A stretch of 64,000 nucleotides of DNA from Lama glama (taxonomy: Eukaryota), in contig CM052832.1 in the NCBI GenBank assembly GCA_028534125.1, forward strand, positions 18,974,001 through 19,038,000, given 5' to 3'. The notes under the pieces were generated by a model. The model worked only from the letters and a program-made list of their open reading frames with translations. It had not been told where the DNA came from and searched no databases. Of this stretch, positions 51,661 to 64,000 are shown in pieces. Numbering within the stretch: the stretch's first letter is position 1; each line of letters starts with the position of its first letter. Position numbers and translations under genes: made by a program.

Positions 51661-53257
51661 TTACTATTGTATCCTCAGTGTCTATGACAGCACCCAGCAT
51701 TACAGACAAGGAAACTGAGGCTTACAGAGTATAATGATTTGCCCTCGATTACCCGAATAACATGAGTCTGAGCTGGAACTCCAGTCAACAAATTTGGCTT
51801 CAGAGTCCACCCTCTTGACTACCACATGACACTGTATCCACCTTATCCCCTGGTTTTCACACAGCAGGGACTCCTTAAATGTTACGCAAATTGCTTGCTA
51901 AAATATCTGGAACATTCTAACATTCTAACTTTTCACGCACATTCCCCTGGTCCGGAATTCTCTCTTGTCCTACAAGTATCCCCCCAATTTCTTACCAGTT
52001 CAAAGTGTTCCACAGTGTTCTCCTCCTCCAAATTTTCATGGCTCCTTAATTGCCTATAAAACTCCCTGGCACTGACCACATCCTGTCTTATTTTGTAACT
52101 TGTCTTTTTTATGTGCCTTGTTTCTCCAACAAGACTGTAAATGCATTGAGGATGGACTTTGTTTGCCTTACGGTTCTTTGTGTTCCCGGCGGGGACTAGG
52201 TTGGCGCCTTGCCCAGAACGGACTCTCTTCAAATGTTTGCTGATTGATAAACGGGCAGAAAAGCAGCTAGAAATGGACAAAGCATCCTCTTATTCTCCAC
52301 ACGGCCCCTTTTTTGTGCTACAGTACGTCCTGCCCCTCACTCATGATTGTGAAAAGAGGAGGAGCTTGTGAGATGGAGGTTAGTAATAGGTATCCCCCAT
52401 ATCTCTTCTTTGTGTCGGCTGCATGTGTACCTTACAGTATAGAGGGGGTATCTGAAAATGAGTTAACTGCAACCTTTTCTGGAGGTTCAAGGAGACATAG
52501 AGAGACTTTCTTTTTTTTCCCTGAACTTGGAACCAATTTGAGACTTAGCTGTAGGACAAAGAAGAAAATCAGAATAACACTTGTGTAACAGGAAATGCAG
52601 ACACGTTTCTAATGTAGATAAAGGCTAAATTAGAAGGTGTGGCTTAGATCTCTTGGCCAAGTGATGGGCTAATCCTGACCGCCCCCCGCCACCGCCCCAG
52701 AATTAGGCAGAGCTACCCACCCAGTCATAAGCAGCACTGGATGACCACTGGCCTCCCCCAGGGGGCATGTACAGAATAGTGTGTGGAAGAACAGAGAACA
52801 TTCAGGCACCTGGCTCCAAATCGGAGAGAAAGGGGATGCTTGGAGCATGCTCAGAGCCATCTTCCAAATTCACCAATCGGCTTTCACTCTTCCTCCACTA
52901 AGGAGGCTGAGTGGGGTAGTGATGCGCACAGCAGCATTTCTCGAATGTGTGTTCCTCCCTGAGAAATATAAAATCAAGGGAAGAGAAGCTACCCCACAAC
53001 AGTTTCCATCTGTCTTCACTCATCAGGCTTAACCATTACTTCCACCATCAGCCAGAAGCGAGTCCACCCTCTCAGGGAGAAAAGTTAGCAGTCCATTAGA
53101 GCAGTCCATCCCACTTTCATGAGACCACTTCTCCATCACCAGCCCTTTTCCTGAGTGAATCCTCCTAGAACCTGTCGTGGGCAGCCTAGATTTTGCTCTG
53201 AGAAAATTCTGCAATGAATTGGAACAGTACATTAATTAAATTAACTCTAAGGCCACC

Positions 53258-53701
53258 TGTTAGGGGTTGAATTTTGTTTCCCTAAAAACATTTAGTGAAA
53301 TCCTAACACAGTACCTCAGGTTGTGACAGTCTTTGAAAATAGGGTTCTTATAAATGTGATTAGTTAAATTAAAAGGAGATCATACTGGAATGGGATAGAC
53401 CTGTAATCTAATACAAGTGGTATCCTTATAAGAAGGCACAGAGACACAGGAAGAGCATGTCAGGTGAAGACAGAGGCAGAGACTGGAATGATGCGTCTGT
53501 AAGCCAAGGGTTGATGGGAGTTACCAGAAGCTGGGAAGAAACATGGAACAGATCCTCCTCAGAGTCGTCAGAAGGAACCAGTCCTGCTGACAGCTTTATC
53601 TTAGATTTCCAGCCTCCAGAACTGTCAGAGAAACAATTTCTGTTGTTTTAAGCCACCCAGTTTGCAGTTCTTGGCTATAGCAACTCCAGGAAATTAATAC
53701 A
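53258..53701 (+). mobile_element. MaLR solo LTR (MLT1B-like)
   Basis: tgttaggggttgaattttgtttccc...gtgaagacagaggcagagactgg...ttccagcctccagaactg...ggaaattaataca. Confidence 0.9.
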
Positions 53702-54989
53702 CCACCCTGTAGCCAAAGCTGAAAGTTCACTCTTTATCACTCCAAATTATATGCAGACACATTCTCAGTGTAACTCATCAAGCATCAGAGAAATAATGCT
53801 TCATTAAGGCATTGGTTACACTTCTCAGGAATGATCATGTCAGTAGCTAAATTCTGAGAAATCTTTGCTTTCTTCATTCCAAGTGTTCATTCTTTCTTCC
53901 CCCTACATATTAAAATAAGGAATCAATGAATTGGGAAATAACTAAGAAAAAGATGTGCTGAAGAAACATAAAAGTGTTTATTTTGGCTTTTAGAAAGAGT
54001 TTAACTTCCGTTTTACATTTAAGCAGCCTTTTTTTCCTGTTCAAATAGATCTAATGGATATTAATATTATGCCATATTAATTTTAAGCTTTGTCAACATA
54101 CATCCATCCTTAGACCATTTTCAGTTAAGGTGTATATTGCAAATTCTGTCTTGCTCATTTCAACATTATTTAATATATGCATTTGTGCATATTACCAGAC
54201 CACACAACAGTAACTGGAGTTTTAAGGTTCTATTTCACTGCAGAACATAGTTTATTTATCCACCTTCTGCTTCTTGAACATAAGGATATTTTTCCATTTT
54301 TGCCTCTTATAAATAACACATCTTTGTATGTATTTTTCCTGCTCCTAGGATATTTCCATAAGTTATTTTCCAAAAGATATTTCTGAGTGAAACCATTAAC
54401 TGTGTGTTACATGTTGCCAACTTTCTCTCACAAAAGACTGATACAGTTGACAATACCACCCGGCAATAGTCTCAGCAGTATTTAAGCATTTTAAAGTTTC
54501 ACTGGGCAAATGGATAATACCAGACATTATATGCTTCTTCATAAACCTCTTATGATTTTTTAAATTATAATCAAACAATTCTTGCAGCTAAACTACATTT
54601 ATTCCCTGCCCTGGCATAAGAGTTAACTTCTTCTATGCATCTGACACATAAAGACCATAAGGAAATTATTAGCTATTTTTAAGGGGCTTCACTTGTACAG
54701 CTAATTTACAAAATAGTTCTGTGAAAACAGTAGGACTTGAGAGGAGACTGGCTATTTTAACACTGAGGAAAAGCTAAAGGGATGGTTTGATCTGGTGTCA
54801 GAAAATATCCCCAGCAAAATCCAGCTCAACTGAAACATTTGGTGCGTATGCTGTTTCTAATGATCTACTGCTTCTTCCATGAAAAAAAGGGGAAAAAATA
54901 TGGATTTGGTGTTCTTTTTTTTCTGCCTTTCTCTTGGTAATTTTGGGGGAAAAAAACCAAAAGTATTCAGAATAAAATTTAAATTATGC

Positions 54990-56175
54990 ATGCCAAGACA
55001 GTTGAATGGGGAATTTTTCAATTGATGGTGCTGGGACAACTGAATATTCATGTGCAAAAGAAAGAATCTGGACCTCTTCCTTACACCATATGCAAAAACT
55101 AACTCAAAATGGATCTTAGCTTAAATATAGGAGCTAAAATGATAAAATTCCTAGCAGAAAGCATGGGAACAAATCTTCATGACTGTGGGATAGGCAGTGG
55201 TTTCTTATAAAGCACAAGTAACAAACAAATAAATAAACTGAATTACATCAAAACTTAAAATTTTATGTATCAAAGGACATCATCAAGGAAATACAGCCCA
55301 CAGAATGGGTGAAAATATTTGCAAATCACACATCTGACAAGGGCTCATGTCCACAGTGCATAAAGAACACTTACAAAGATAAATAACCCAATTTTTAAAG
55401 TGGGCCAAGAGTTTGTATAGACACTAATCCAAAGAAGATATACAAATGGCCAATAAGCACTTGAAAAATTGCTCAACATTGTTTGTCATTAGAGAAATAC
55501 AAACCAAAACTACAATGAGATACCGAGTCCCGCCCACTAGGACTAATAAAGCGAAAAAGACAGACAATAGCAAGTATTAAAGATGTGGAGACATTGAAAC
55601 TCTCACACATTGCTGAGGGGAATATAGAGTGGTGTTGCAGCTTTGGAAAACACATGTCCACACAAACAGGTGTACATCAGGGTTCATGGTAGCATTATTC
55701 TTAATAGCCAAAAGGTAGAAAAACTCAAATGTCTATTATAAACTGATGAATGTATAAACTAAATGTGGTCTATTCAGACAATGGAATGTTATTCAACCAT
55801 TAAAAGGAGTGAAGTACTGTTATCTGCTTTAGTAAGAGTGGAACTTGAAGACACTATATTGAGTGAAAGAAGCAAGCCATAAAAGACTTTGTATTATATG
55901 ATGTTATTTATGTTCAGAATATATGATGAAATGTTCAGAATAGACAAATCTTACCAATTTTACAGGAAGTACATAAACGGTTGCTAGGCGAGGTTGGGAA
56001 ACTGAAATAGGAAGTGACCACTAATAGGGACAGGGTTTCTTTTTGAGGTATTAAATGTGTTCTAAAATTAGGTTACAGTAATGGTTGTGCAACTCTGAAT
56101 ATAGCAAAAACCATTGAACTAAATGCTTTAAATGGGTACATTTTGTGGTATATGAAAAATAGTAAAGCTGCAAAA
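54990..56175 (+). mobile_element. L1MB-like element (ORF2 3' part and 3' UTR)
   Basis: tggtgctgggacaactgaatattcatgtgcaaaag...aatatttgcaaatcacacatctgacaaggg...aatgtgttctaaaattagg...aatggttgtgcaactctgaatat. Confidence 0.9.
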
Positions 56176-56439
56176 AATTTTTTAAATTGTGCCTAGTCCC
56201 ACCAGCAGAGATAATGTACTTACCATTTGCCATATTTATAAACCCTGCAGCCCTCCTTCAATGAGGGTTTAGTGAGTGGTGGAAGAGGAAGTCATGGGAA
56301 TGTTATAATTAGACCCTAGGCAAGCTATCTTTTCTCCTCTATATATTCAGTCTAGTCTATTTGTTATTCACATAATAAATTGCCTAAAGCCAAAGCCATA
56401 GATGGTAACATGGGAGATTTACTAGGCTTAAGCCAAGAG

Positions 56440-57420
56440 CCAGTTCATGATCACTGACTCTCCTTTTCACCTCCTGTCCAATCAAGCTCTTTCAAAGGAA
56501 CATTTGAATCCATAGTTTTTCCATCCCATTTCTACTATTCTAAAGGCAACATCACTTCTCACCTAGATTGTTGTGGGAGCCCCTCTAACAGTTCACTCTG
56601 TCCACACCCTTCCCACCTTTATCTATCCATCTTCCACCCAGCAACTAGAGTAGCCTCACTCCTGCTTAAAACTTTCTATGTGTCCTCTGACATTTAGACT
56701 CGAGTTAAAATTCCTTAAAGGGACTCACAAGATGATGGGCTTCTGTCGACCCTTCCAGATCTAGGACTTCATACCTTCCACCCACCCTACCCCACCCTCT
56801 GTTCCAACCATATATCATTTCTTTCAACTTCTAGTGCATAACATTCTCTTTTTCTCTCTTTTCTAGAACTTTGTACTACTGCTTAAATATTTCTACCCTT
56901 TTCCCTACTCCCCACTCACAGTCCCCTCAGAGTCTGTGTCCAGACTACTCCTCATTGTTTAGGAATCATTTGGACATCACTCCCTCCAAAAGTCTTTCCT
57001 GACCGTCATGGCCCTATCGAGTGCCCCTGCTAAGAGCCCTCACAGAGCCCTGTATTTCCCCATAATAAATAACACTTATTGCATTAAATGGGACTTGCCC
57101 GTTAACTTCCCCCAACTCCCCACTTACCATCTAGGAGACTTTGGACAAGTTACCTAACCTCTGCATACTTCATTTCATCATATGAAAAATGGTGCTAAAA
57201 AGAGTATCTACCTTATATAGACTTGCTATGAGGATTAAATAAGACAATATTTCTAAATCACCAAGAACAGTGTCCGGCACATTATAAGTGTAACATAAGT
57301 GTGTTTTTTTTAAGTGTATACACATCTCTAGACTTTAAGCCTCAAAAGAGATTTTTAGAAATCTTACTCACTGTTGCATTCCCTGTGAATATCATTGAAT
57401 GAACAAGTATATCAATCAAT
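56440..57420. mobile_element. L2 fragment with a nested MIR (~57120-57300)
   Basis: L2: tctcacctagattgttg...cactcctgcttaaaac. MIR core: ttggacaagttacctaacctctgc...atgaggattaaataaga. Confidence 0.6.
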
Positions 57421-57819
57421 TAACCAAGCAAACGTACAGATAACTCAAAGCTAGCTCATATTTTCAAGACCCAGGAGGGTTAGTGGATACTAAATAACAC
57501 AACTTTCCAAAAAAAGTAAGAGGAGATAGAAGCAAAAACAAAGGTAAAGCCTTGTTTAAATCAGTTTAAGGTTTAAATTAGTGGAGAAAGGTTACTCAGT
57601 AAATAAAATTTGAATCATTGGCTAACCAATTGGAAAAGCTGAAGTGAGAACTCACCCACAGCGTCAAAGAAATTCCACACACAAGTATAAATTGAAAAAG
57701 AAAATCTTAAAATAACCATGTGAAAGCAAAACTCAGGATTTGTCTGATCCTGGGGTGTGGTAGATCTCAATAAGCATGACACAGGTGGTAATATTTGTCA
57801 TGAAAGGTGTTCTCTATGA

Positions 57820-58060
57820 ACTGAGAGCTCTATAAATAAGTTGAGAATTCAGCCTCTGGAGACAGACTGCCTCAGTCAGTGTTCCAATTCTACCACTTAC
57901 TGTTTTGTAACTTTGGACAGATTGCTTAGCTTCTCTGGGCCTTGGTGTCCTCATCTAGAAAGTGGAGATGATCATTAGAATAGCAACTACACAATGTGTT
58001 ATGAGAATTCAATGAGATAATATTCATATACCACATATGATATAGAATGATGCCTGATAG
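57820..58060 (+). mobile_element. MIR SINE
   Basis: ctctggagacagactgcc...ctaccacttactg...ttctctgggccttggtgtcctcatc...ttatgagaattcaatgagataa. Confidence 0.75.
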
Positions 58061-58094
58061 AACTTATTTTTTTCTTGTAGTTATATATGCAAGT

Positions 58095-58242
58095 TTTTTA
58101 ATTGAAGTGATTTGATTTACAATATATTAGTTTCATTATTTAAATCATTAAATAATGATTTAATATTTTTATAGATTACACTCCCTTTAAAGTTATTATA
58201 AAATATTGGCTATATTCCCTATGCTGTACAATATATCCTTGT
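58095..58242 (-). mobile_element. L1 3'-end fragment
   Basis: ttttttaattgaagtgatttgatttacaatatattagtttc...aatattggctatattccctatgctgtacaatatatccttgt. Confidence 0.8.
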
Positions 58243-58563
58243 AATGATTGAAACCATTTTTATAAAATACATTTATATAAAATGATGTCAGCTGTTTACA
58301 TCTCAGATTATTGGTATTAAGTTTTTCTTCCTTTTTAGCTGTATTTTTTAATTGTTCTGTGATGAGCATGCTCTGCCTTTAAAATAAGAGGAAAAGTTAT
58401 TTTTAATGTTCAAAAATGATTTTAAAATCTAATTACAGAAAAATATGTGCAGTCATGTAAAAATAATTCATCATCTATTGTAATAGGGAAAAGGAGATTT
58501 ATGAAATAGCACATGGGGACTAATTCCCATTGTGTGAAAAAAATATTTATTGTAGAGATATGC

Positions 58564-59063
58564 NNNNNNNNNNNNNNNNNNNNNNNNNNNNNNNNNNNNN
58601 NNNNNNNNNNNNNNNNNNNNNNNNNNNNNNNNNNNNNNNNNNNNNNNNNNNNNNNNNNNNNNNNNNNNNNNNNNNNNNNNNNNNNNNNNNNNNNNNNNNN
58701 NNNNNNNNNNNNNNNNNNNNNNNNNNNNNNNNNNNNNNNNNNNNNNNNNNNNNNNNNNNNNNNNNNNNNNNNNNNNNNNNNNNNNNNNNNNNNNNNNNNN
58801 NNNNNNNNNNNNNNNNNNNNNNNNNNNNNNNNNNNNNNNNNNNNNNNNNNNNNNNNNNNNNNNNNNNNNNNNNNNNNNNNNNNNNNNNNNNNNNNNNNNN
58901 NNNNNNNNNNNNNNNNNNNNNNNNNNNNNNNNNNNNNNNNNNNNNNNNNNNNNNNNNNNNNNNNNNNNNNNNNNNNNNNNNNNNNNNNNNNNNNNNNNNN
59001 NNNNNNNNNNNNNNNNNNNNNNNNNNNNNNNNNNNNNNNNNNNNNNNNNNNNNNNNNNNNNNN
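58564..59063. other. Assembly gap (500 N)
   Basis: Run of exactly 500 N. Confidence 1.
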
Positions 59064-59694
59064 CAAAGGCTTTGAGTTCACAGTCATGTACACACTTGCC
59101 AATGCTCTTCAGCTTTTCTTCTCTCTGGTGTGTATTCAACTTAAGTCCTTTCTTTAAGACTTAACTCAGGTGGCTCCCTCTTCCAGTCCACTGGTCTCAC
59201 CTGGCCATGCCTCTCACCCGTATCTAGTGCCATTGGTTTTAGCTCTTTCTTGTTCTTTAATTTGGTCATGACACTGAATGTAACCAAATAGTAAACTTCT
59301 GGAGGGCTGGGGTTAGGATTTGCCATTCTTATGTTTTAACTCAGGATAGTGGTGGTTGCAGTATAGAAGCCCAGGACACCTGTCAGTTTAGCAATAAATG
59401 GGAATGCAGAAACCAACAAAGGGAGGAAGTGTGGACACGGTCCCGCTCCATAGGTTTACACTGGTTTCAAAAGAAAAGCTAAAGTTACTGGAAAGTATTT
59501 AGATCATCTCATGATAGAAATAGCTCTTTTAGGAATTGAGATTGGTATTTCGGTTACTAGTAGCATACTTGAAACACACATTTTTAATTAAAACCTGTTA
59601 GTAATAAGGATTGTCAACAAGTAGGATGAGCATACATATAGAAGTAATTTCATAACATCTAGGGAAAACATGGGATTGAATTTAAGTATTCGGT

Positions 59695-60112
59695 GACTAT
59701 CAGTTTCCTATGGCTGCTATATCAAATTACCACAAATTAAGTGGCTTAAACAAAAGAAATTTATTCTGGAGGTCAGAAATCCTAAAATCAAGGTGTCAGC
59801 AGGATTACTTTTCTTTTGGAAGCCCTAAGGGAAAGTCCTTTCCTTGCTTTTTCTAGTTTCTAGAGGCCACTTGCATTTCTTGGCTTGTGGCCCCATCCTC
59901 CATCTTCAAAGTCAGCCAAGGATTATCTTCAATCTTTCTCCAGCTCCCTTTTATAAGGACCCTTATGAATACATTGTGCCTACCTGGAAAATACAGGATG
60001 ATCTTCATATTTTAAGCTTAGTGTTTGGCAACATTAATTCCCCTTTGCCAGGTAACCAGTTCCAGGGATTGGAATAGACTTCCTTAAGGGGGCCATCATT
60101 CTGACTCTCACA
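59695..60112 (-). mobile_element. MaLR solo LTR (MLT1C-like)
   Basis: tatcagtttcctatggctgctatatcaaattaccacaaattaagtggcttaaac...ggggccatcattctgactctcaca. Confidence 0.85.
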
Positions 60113-61771
60113 GTAACAAAATGTAATAACCCAGCACCCAAGAAAATGACTGACTTATTGGAGTAAGTGAGGAAGCTATCATATAATCCATTTTAAAACA
60201 TTTTGTCCTACTTACTGATATTCTAAAATTGTTTATAAAATTAAGGATTCTTTGGTGAGAAGTTGCCATGGTGGAGCAGCATCTGGTTTTGAAAACGAAG
60301 ATAAATTGTTTTTCAAGAAAGAAGATGTGACTTAGAAGTGTGTTTCGTGAGAAACCATTGTTTAGAAAGGAACTAAAACTTCAAAAATCAAGCTATGCCC
60401 CCCCCCCAAACCATCCACACACATACATATTTATATCTTGTTGTGACAACTCCTAAACCATTTGTGTGGAAAGCCTGAAGAAACTAGGACAACTCCATTC
60501 CTCATTCCCAATCCTCTGGTCAAGTACAATTTCTTGCTGCAGTTCACATGAAACACACACACTACTACTATATTTGGATGGACCAAACCTATTCAATCTC
60601 CAGTCCAGGGTAGAGAAAAGTGGAGGCAGAGGGGTGTCAGGGTTTTTGGCATAGAAATTAGGGGTAGGGGACTGAGAAAAGGAAGATGAATGTTTATGTC
60701 ATTCAGGAACTTTTACATGGTTGCAAGAAACTTCTCTCAAAGTGGCCCCCAAAATAGGAGGCAAATGAACATAAAACCATGTTTACTACTAGAAACTAAA
60801 GCTTTGTGGGAAATCTTGAATTTATGGTGAAGGAGGAATGGAGAGGGGATGGGAAAGTATGTCTGGTCATTCTTTGATCTCTTCCCCTCAATCCTGAACT
60901 TGGGCTTTGGAGACCCCATTATTGGAGGATATTTATTTGATGGTTGATTTCCCTCTACCAGCTACTTCCTTCCCCTTCTGTCATTTTGTAACACATGCCA
61001 ATGCTCTCCCTATCCTCTCTTTTTGCCCTGAAAAAATATGATGAATGCATAAAGACTTAATGGTACTGAAAAAAAAAATCAAGGTGCAGACACAAGTATA
61101 TAGTGTGTCTACAAATTGCTGTTTCTTTGCAGACCATTATGTGGTAGAGGACAATTATAACTGATTTAGCCAGAAGAGCTATTGCATGGAGAAATGGGGT
61201 TCGGGGGGAGGAATCTCGTCTTGGTAAGAAAGACAGTAATGGCAGGATGAAGTCAGATTTGTAAAATGCAAACTCAGGGATGCACTTCATACCCTTCCTG
61301 ATTCTATCATTTCTTTCTGGGGACATTTGCTGAGCCTCTACCATGATCCAAATATTTCTGGGCACAAAATTACAAAAAGAAATAAAATCATGTTTGTCCC
61401 CAAAAAGCTCACAATGTAATAAGGAAGAAAGAAATGTAATTTCATTACTGTACGGTAGGAAATCAAGTTGTCAAATACACATAAATCCTAAGAAAATCCC
61501 AAAGGTGAGACAAAGCTAAATGTTCTACTTAAGAAAACAAAGGTTTAGTTGAACAATCCTTAAATGACAGTTGTGTTTAGTGACAAGAACCCGTAACAGA
61601 GATTTAGGTTTGCCAATAAAAGTAAAACGTTGGTCATTATACAAAATTACTTAATAAGGAGCGATACTTTTATAGGAAAATCAGATCAGTGGATAATGTA
61701 TTATATATCCTTGCTTTTTTCTATTAAAGCATGAAGACATGTTTCATGTTCGGTTTAGAAAAACTATAAAG

Positions 61772-61790
61772 TGGCACCACCTGGTGGTCA
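61772..61790 (-). promoter_or_regulatory. Candidate CTCF binding site
   Basis: Minus strand reads TGACCACCAGGTGGTGCCA, close to the consensus TGGCCACCAGGGGGCGCTA, set in AT-rich unique DNA. Confidence 0.6.
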
Positions 61791-62048
61791 CTACCCAAAG
61801 TGTCTGAATTAGCCTCGCAGTTTCAAATACAGTGATCTTGACTAGCTCAGCCTTCTTACTAATGTTTACATTAAAGTAGCAAATTGATATATGTTCTCAG
61901 AAAATCAGAAACCTAAAGAAAACATTGAAAATTCCAGCTGAAGCAAACTCAGTAATATCCAGAATAATCTATCACCAAAAAAGAGAGTTTGTATATAATC
62001 ATCATTGGATAGTATTGGATTTCCATTGTATAATAAATAAGAATGTCT

Positions 62049-62231
62049 AACAAGATTATACTATATAGCACAGGGAAATATTTACAAGATCTTGTGGTAG
62101 CTCACGGTGAAAAAGTATGAGACAATGAATATATGTATGTATGTTCATGTATAACTGAAAAATAGTGCTCTACACTGGAAATTGACACAACATTGTAAAC
62201 TGACTATAACTCAATAAAATAAAAATAAATA
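62049..62231 (+). mobile_element. Young 5'-truncated L1 with a perfect TSD
   Basis: tatatagcacagggaaatatttacaagatcttgtggtagctcac...actataactcaataaaa. TSD aataaataagaatgtct at 62032-62048 and 62232-62248. Confidence 0.9.
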
Positions 62232-62289
62232 AATAAATAAGAATGTCTTATTCTGTTACTTTTTCTCCACTTTTAAAAAAAATCAGAGA

Positions 62290-63500
62290 AACAAAAACAG
62301 CCAACAAAAACAATTTATTTGTTGAAAATTTGTCCTATAGAATTTTCCATACTGGTCTGGGCTGATTACTTCCTCATGGTGTTGCTTACTTTGTTCCTCT
62401 GTTCATTGTATCCTATAAACTAGTAGTTTATAAGATCTAGATTAGATGAGATCTTGATTAGATTCCAGTTCTTTTTTTTTTTTTTTTTTTTTGGTAAGAC
62501 TACTCGTAGGTGATGCTGTATGCTTCCTATTTTCATCAAAACCCCAGGTACATATGTGTAGTCGTGATGTTAAGATCAGCTGGTGGGTTCATATGATGTC
62601 AATCAGATCCCTCTTTTATGAAGTTCCCCCATAACTTCCCACCGATATCATTGTCTCTATCCATTATTTCTTGACAATAGCAAAATGGTGATTTTATGAA
62701 TTCTATTATTCCTTCTACACTTATTAGCTGCAATTCCCTCATCATCTCTAGTTAGCTTGAAGTAGAGTTCATATAAGGAAGAAAGGATGAATGTGTAATT
62801 TATTTATTTTAAAAATATTTTCAGGATGAGTTAGTGTTCTAGAAACTCCCAAAGGCAGTCAATGATGTTTTTGTGTTTGTTTTATTATGAATTCAAGATC
62901 GTTATGTATTTGCTGTGTTTCAACCAATAGCAGGCATTATTCTTTTTGATCCCCAAACTGTCCCACCTTTGACCAATGTGTATATTTTTAACACAAATAC
63001 TCTAATATGTAACAAAGTTGTTAAAGAAACTGGCACATTTCTACACTCTCAGGATAAACTGTTACCACTTTTAAGGAGGGCAATTTAGCAATATGTATCA
63101 GGAAAGTCAATTAATAAAAATAATCAGGTGTAGATAATAATTGTACAAAGGTATTAATTCTAGTGAACAATTAAAAAATGATGACAATAGGCTTTGATAC
63201 ATTTGTATGATGAAATAGTATAGCTACCATGTGAAAAATCTGGTTTTTGCAGAATTTTTATTATTGTGGGGACTTTTTTATATTATATAAATTGAAAGCA
63301 GTGGATTACCACAATCTTATAAACATATGATCCCAACTATTTTGTATAAATACGTATATAAACAGAAGGCTAGGAAGACATATTTCAAAGTGTTAATAAT
63401 AGTTATTCTTAGATGGTGGGATTATAGAATTTTTATGTCTCTTTGTACTTTATATTACAAATTATCTCCAATAATATGTATCACAGTAGATCTTATTAAA
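62290..63500. mobile_element. Ancient L1MC/L1ME fragments
   Basis: tttgtcctatagaattttccatactgg...tctttttgatccccaaactgtcccacctttgacc (minus). gagggcaatttagcaatatgtatc...aaagtgttaataatagttattctt (plus). Confidence 0.55.
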
Positions 63501-64000
63501 AAACAGCTATATTGAAATTTGCTTGTGAGAAATGATTTGTTATTCTTTGAATAATAAACCAAAGTAAATGTCTTTTACTGTGTTAGTGGAAATTGTACAA
63601 GAAAGAAAGAACATTTTTTTCCTCAACCAAAAGATCATTCTAACTTAGTTAAGGCATGAAAATAAAACTGAGCTGAATTTAAAATGAAACATACAGGAGA
63701 TATGTTATATTTTCCCTCCTAGGATCTGATCATTGCAATTAATTACACTTCTCCAAAAATAAATTGCCCCTGTGCTATCCAGTGAGTCAACCTGATATTT
63801 CAGCTTGATTCTTAACGTGAATGAGAGCATCAACATACATTAAGACAGGTGTGCCTGCCATTTGAATGGGTTTCCACGGGACATCCCCACCTACCAGTTC
63901 CTTTTTTGATACTGACAATTGCTAATTTTTGACATCTTAATGTCTAGTTGTCTGACAACCTCTGGTCCAAACCACTTATTAAGCACTTAATTTCTGCTTT

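Overview
Non-coding mammalian genomic DNA, most likely from a camelid: four tRNA-Ala-derived SINEs match the camelid vic-1 type, and the young L1 3' ends are artiodactyl-like. I can support no protein-coding exon. The listed ORFs are chance ORFs, repeat-derived, or run through N gaps. The window is a mosaic of L1, L2, MIR, MaLR/ERVL LTRs and hAT MITEs, split by three 500-N scaffold gaps. The main non-repeat features are a CpG-island promoter (~17.5-18.6 kb) that probably fires on the minus strand through a non-coding first exon, several CpG-retaining, motif-dense enhancer-like blocks (~8.4, 14.5-15.7, 26.9-27.4, 33.1, 34.5-35.4, 38.3, 45.6-46.2 kb) and candidate CTCF sites. The clearest unusual objects are retrotransposition fossils: a U6/L1 chimeric retrocopy, a TSD-flanked internal L1 ORF2 fragment with no tail, and a TSD-flanked L1 missing its normal 3' end. 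These belong to known mechanism classes; I found no evidence of a wholly new biological system. Repeat family names and boundaries come from recalled consensus sequences and are approximate.
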